64,000 nt of DNA from Mobula hypostoma (lineage: Eukaryota), in the NCBI RefSeq assembly GCF_963921235.1, contig NC_086106.1, positions 25,296,001 to 25,360,000 of the forward strand, read 5' to 3'. Positions 61,483 through 64,000 of this stretch are shown piece by piece. A program made the translations under genes and the position numbers. The notes under the pieces are model-generated. The model was not told where the DNA came from and searched no databases. It saw nothing but the letters and a program-made list of their open reading frames with translations. Position 1 is the stretch's first letter. Every line of letters begins with the position of its first letter.

Positions 61483-63094
61483 CAGTTCAATTTGGGTAAT
61501 TTCTCTTTCTACTTATCAGAATCGGTAAAGTATTTTCCCCACAAGTTAATAACCAAGGGTCAAATTCAATCTAAAATTGCGGTCACCTGAAGGAGGAAGT
61601 ATGGAACTACAGTTCCGAACTACTCAAATGATCTGAAAATAGATATGGAAAGAAAGAGTCTTCAGGCCTCTCATCTACACGTTGTTTTGAAGTTGTTAAA
61701 GCGCACGAACTCTTCGTCTGCAGAGTGGGTTTTGAATACTGTATACTGGTGCTGACGTTTAGTGGCGAACAAGGATGAGAAAATCTAGTAATGAGGGTCT
61801 CCTCAAATCAATATAATGAGAAAACCATTTTGTTACTGAAAAGAAGTGCAACAGCGCATTCTTTTTTTCCGATTTCCTGAACGAGATACAAAGACGTTTT
61901 GAACAGAAAAAACATGAGAGTGTCAACACCCACCCTGACAACCTCAACGCCACTGAAATACAGACACGGCTGTGAGTGCAATATTCGTCTCCAGAAGAGT
62001 GAAATAACGAAAATCATTTCGACGGAATGGTGTCGGAGGCCATGACCTTAGATATTGCACAGTTCAGCTGGCGGCTTCTTTTCAAACGTTTTGAGCCTCT
62101 CATTGTTTTAATCTGATTCTCTCATCTGCCTTTAGAATGCAACCATCCGATCCGCACCTATGAAAAACATTGTAACACATGACCCCGAGAATTCATTCCG
62201 ATCTGTACTGATGCACAATACAATGCTTTCCATATGGAAGCATTTTCTTGCCCCAGTCTACAAGAAGCTCCAGAGTAATGGACACAATTCAATGATTTCA
62301 AACTCAAGGATTTCAAACAATGATAATGTCTATATTTTCGCCACCTGGGTAAAGCTTTCTGCAAAGGCAAACGCTGAAGATCCAGGGTAAAGGGCAGCAC
62401 CTACCATGCCGACATATGCGCAATGATTTTTGAACATACATTGTTGTGACTTTGCACTTTTTCATCTACCTGCAGTGCACTTTGACTGCAGCTGCTACAT
62501 TCTATTCTGCCTCTTTCCGTTTCGCTCTTTTTCCCTCTCCCTCTCACTGCTCCCGTCTACACAGCGTGAGAAAATGACAACAGTCATAGCAGCCGTAAAT
62601 TACGTCACGTAACACGTAGTCCCTTTTTGAACATATCAACTTAAGTTATACGTATATGTCGTAACATCATTTAATGTAATGCATTCCCACTAGTCATGCA
62701 CACAAAATACCCATTTACCCCCACTCTTTCCTTTCCTTTCCTGGTCCATAGACTCTAGCTCTATCTTTATTTTGATCACTTGCGTTTTGATGTGATGTCG
62801 GATCCATTCTTGTCTTGACATGTACAGCTTCTGCATTTGCAAGTTCCTCCCTCATCTTCACTGTAAAAGCCTCTAAAATCTCTGGCAAAGTTTCAAAAAC
62901 GATGCCCATCAAAAATATCAGGGAGGTACGGATTTGTAGATAAGCGGGGAAAATGGACTTTCACGCAGATCTTTTGCGAATACGTTTCGCATTCTTAAGT
63001 TGATCACGTGACCGTGGAGGATTTGTGTGTGAGTCCCTGGCAGTTTTCCGGCTAAGGACCCCCACTGGCGCGTGCTCATTGTATAACGGAGGTC

Positions 63095-63200
63095 CAATTT
63101 TGTGCGGATTGTCATCGCCTTCCAATACTGTGGGCTTTATGGCACAAAGATACACGGCAGAGTCCGACAAGAACTCCCGAAATCTTCAAATTACCTCTCA
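63095..63200 (-). pseudogene. 3' fragment of a TCR V segment with RSS
   Basis: LKISGVL.SDSAVYLCAIK|CACAGTA-22-ACAAAATTG; 2-nt deletion; 5' part replaced by other sequence. Confidence 0.85.
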
Positions 63201-64000
63201 TATTGATAGAATCGACGAAAATATGCAACGACAAACAAACATCCAAAGAGCAAACGGCCGCAAATTATGCAAATACAAAACAAAAAAAAAAGATAATAAG
63301 TAAAAAAACTATGTCAAAAACTCTGAGAACAAGAGTTGCAGCGTCCTTGAAAGTGAATCCATGGGCTGTGGAAACATTTCATTGTTGGAGTGAGTGAAGT
63401 TATCTACTCTGGTTCAAGAAACTGTTGGGTGAGGGGAACAGCTGTTTCTGAATCTGAGTGGATCTAAGTCTCATGTGCCTCCTTCCTGATGGCAGTATGG
63501 AGAGGAGAGCATGATCTGAATAGTGGTAGTCCTTTATGATATAAGCTGCCTTCTTCCTTGTTCAATGGTCGGGAGAGCTTTACCTGTGATGAACTAGGCT
63601 GTATTCACAACTTCTTGTAGGCTTCAGGAATAACTTCTCTCGCTTGAGCAGCACACTTACAGCCGAACACATAGGCGTCTATGCTGACCCTCAGCAATTT
63701 GGTCGTGCATCGTTTCTACTTTCACTGCGACTTGTCCTGTACTGAGAGCCTACTCAGTTCAATTTGGATAATTTCACTTTCTACTTACCAGGATCCGTGA
63801 AATGTATTTTCCCCACAAGTTAATAAACCAAGGGTCAAATTCAATTTAAAATTGCGGACACCTGAAGGAGGAAGTATGGAACTACAGTCCAAACGACTCA
63901 GATGATCTGAAAATAGATATGGAAAGAAACAGTTTTCAAGCCTCTCATCTACACGTTATTTTGAAGTTGTTAAAGCTCACAAGCTCTCCGTCTACAGAGT

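Noticed and set aside
61950-62400. Plus-strand donor (GTGAGT) and acceptor with a 76-aa ORF
   Set aside because: No convincing V or other domain motifs.
52837-63274. Octamer ATGCAAAT at 52837-52844 and 63267-63274
   Set aside because: Part of a duplicated block and not at a V promoter position.
1-64000. D, J or C segments, 12-bp-spacer RSSs, IgH-like (TAILV) or NAR-TCR V genes
   Set aside because: No FGxG J motif with a 12-RSS, no C exon and no clear VH or NAR V signature were seen by eye; weak relics cannot be excluded.

Overview
Vertebrate genomic DNA, most likely from a cartilaginous fish (inferred from the repeat families and V-segment style). The window is part of a T-cell receptor alpha/delta variable-gene array on the minus strand. 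About 25 V-derived units can be seen, typically a 46-nt leader exon, an ~85-bp intron, a V exon and a 23-bp-spacer RSS. Only two look intact (28576-28995 and 41543-41962); the rest are pseudogenes or relics spread by local tandem duplication of a multi-gene module. No D, J or C segment was found. The array is heavily invaded by CR1 LINEs, a HERO-like RLE fragment, Penelope-like ends, a Tc1 terminal repeat, a solo LTR, and a young Gmr1-type Gypsy element whose pol is internally deleted but still in frame. The most striking unexplained signal is a CTCF-consensus-like 14-mer at a fixed distance (24 or 12 bp) and fixed orientation just 3' of the RSS nonamer of most V segments, followed by a conserved CACGTG E-box. 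This resembles the RSS-proximal CTCF elements of mammalian IgH. All calls were made by eye without database searches.
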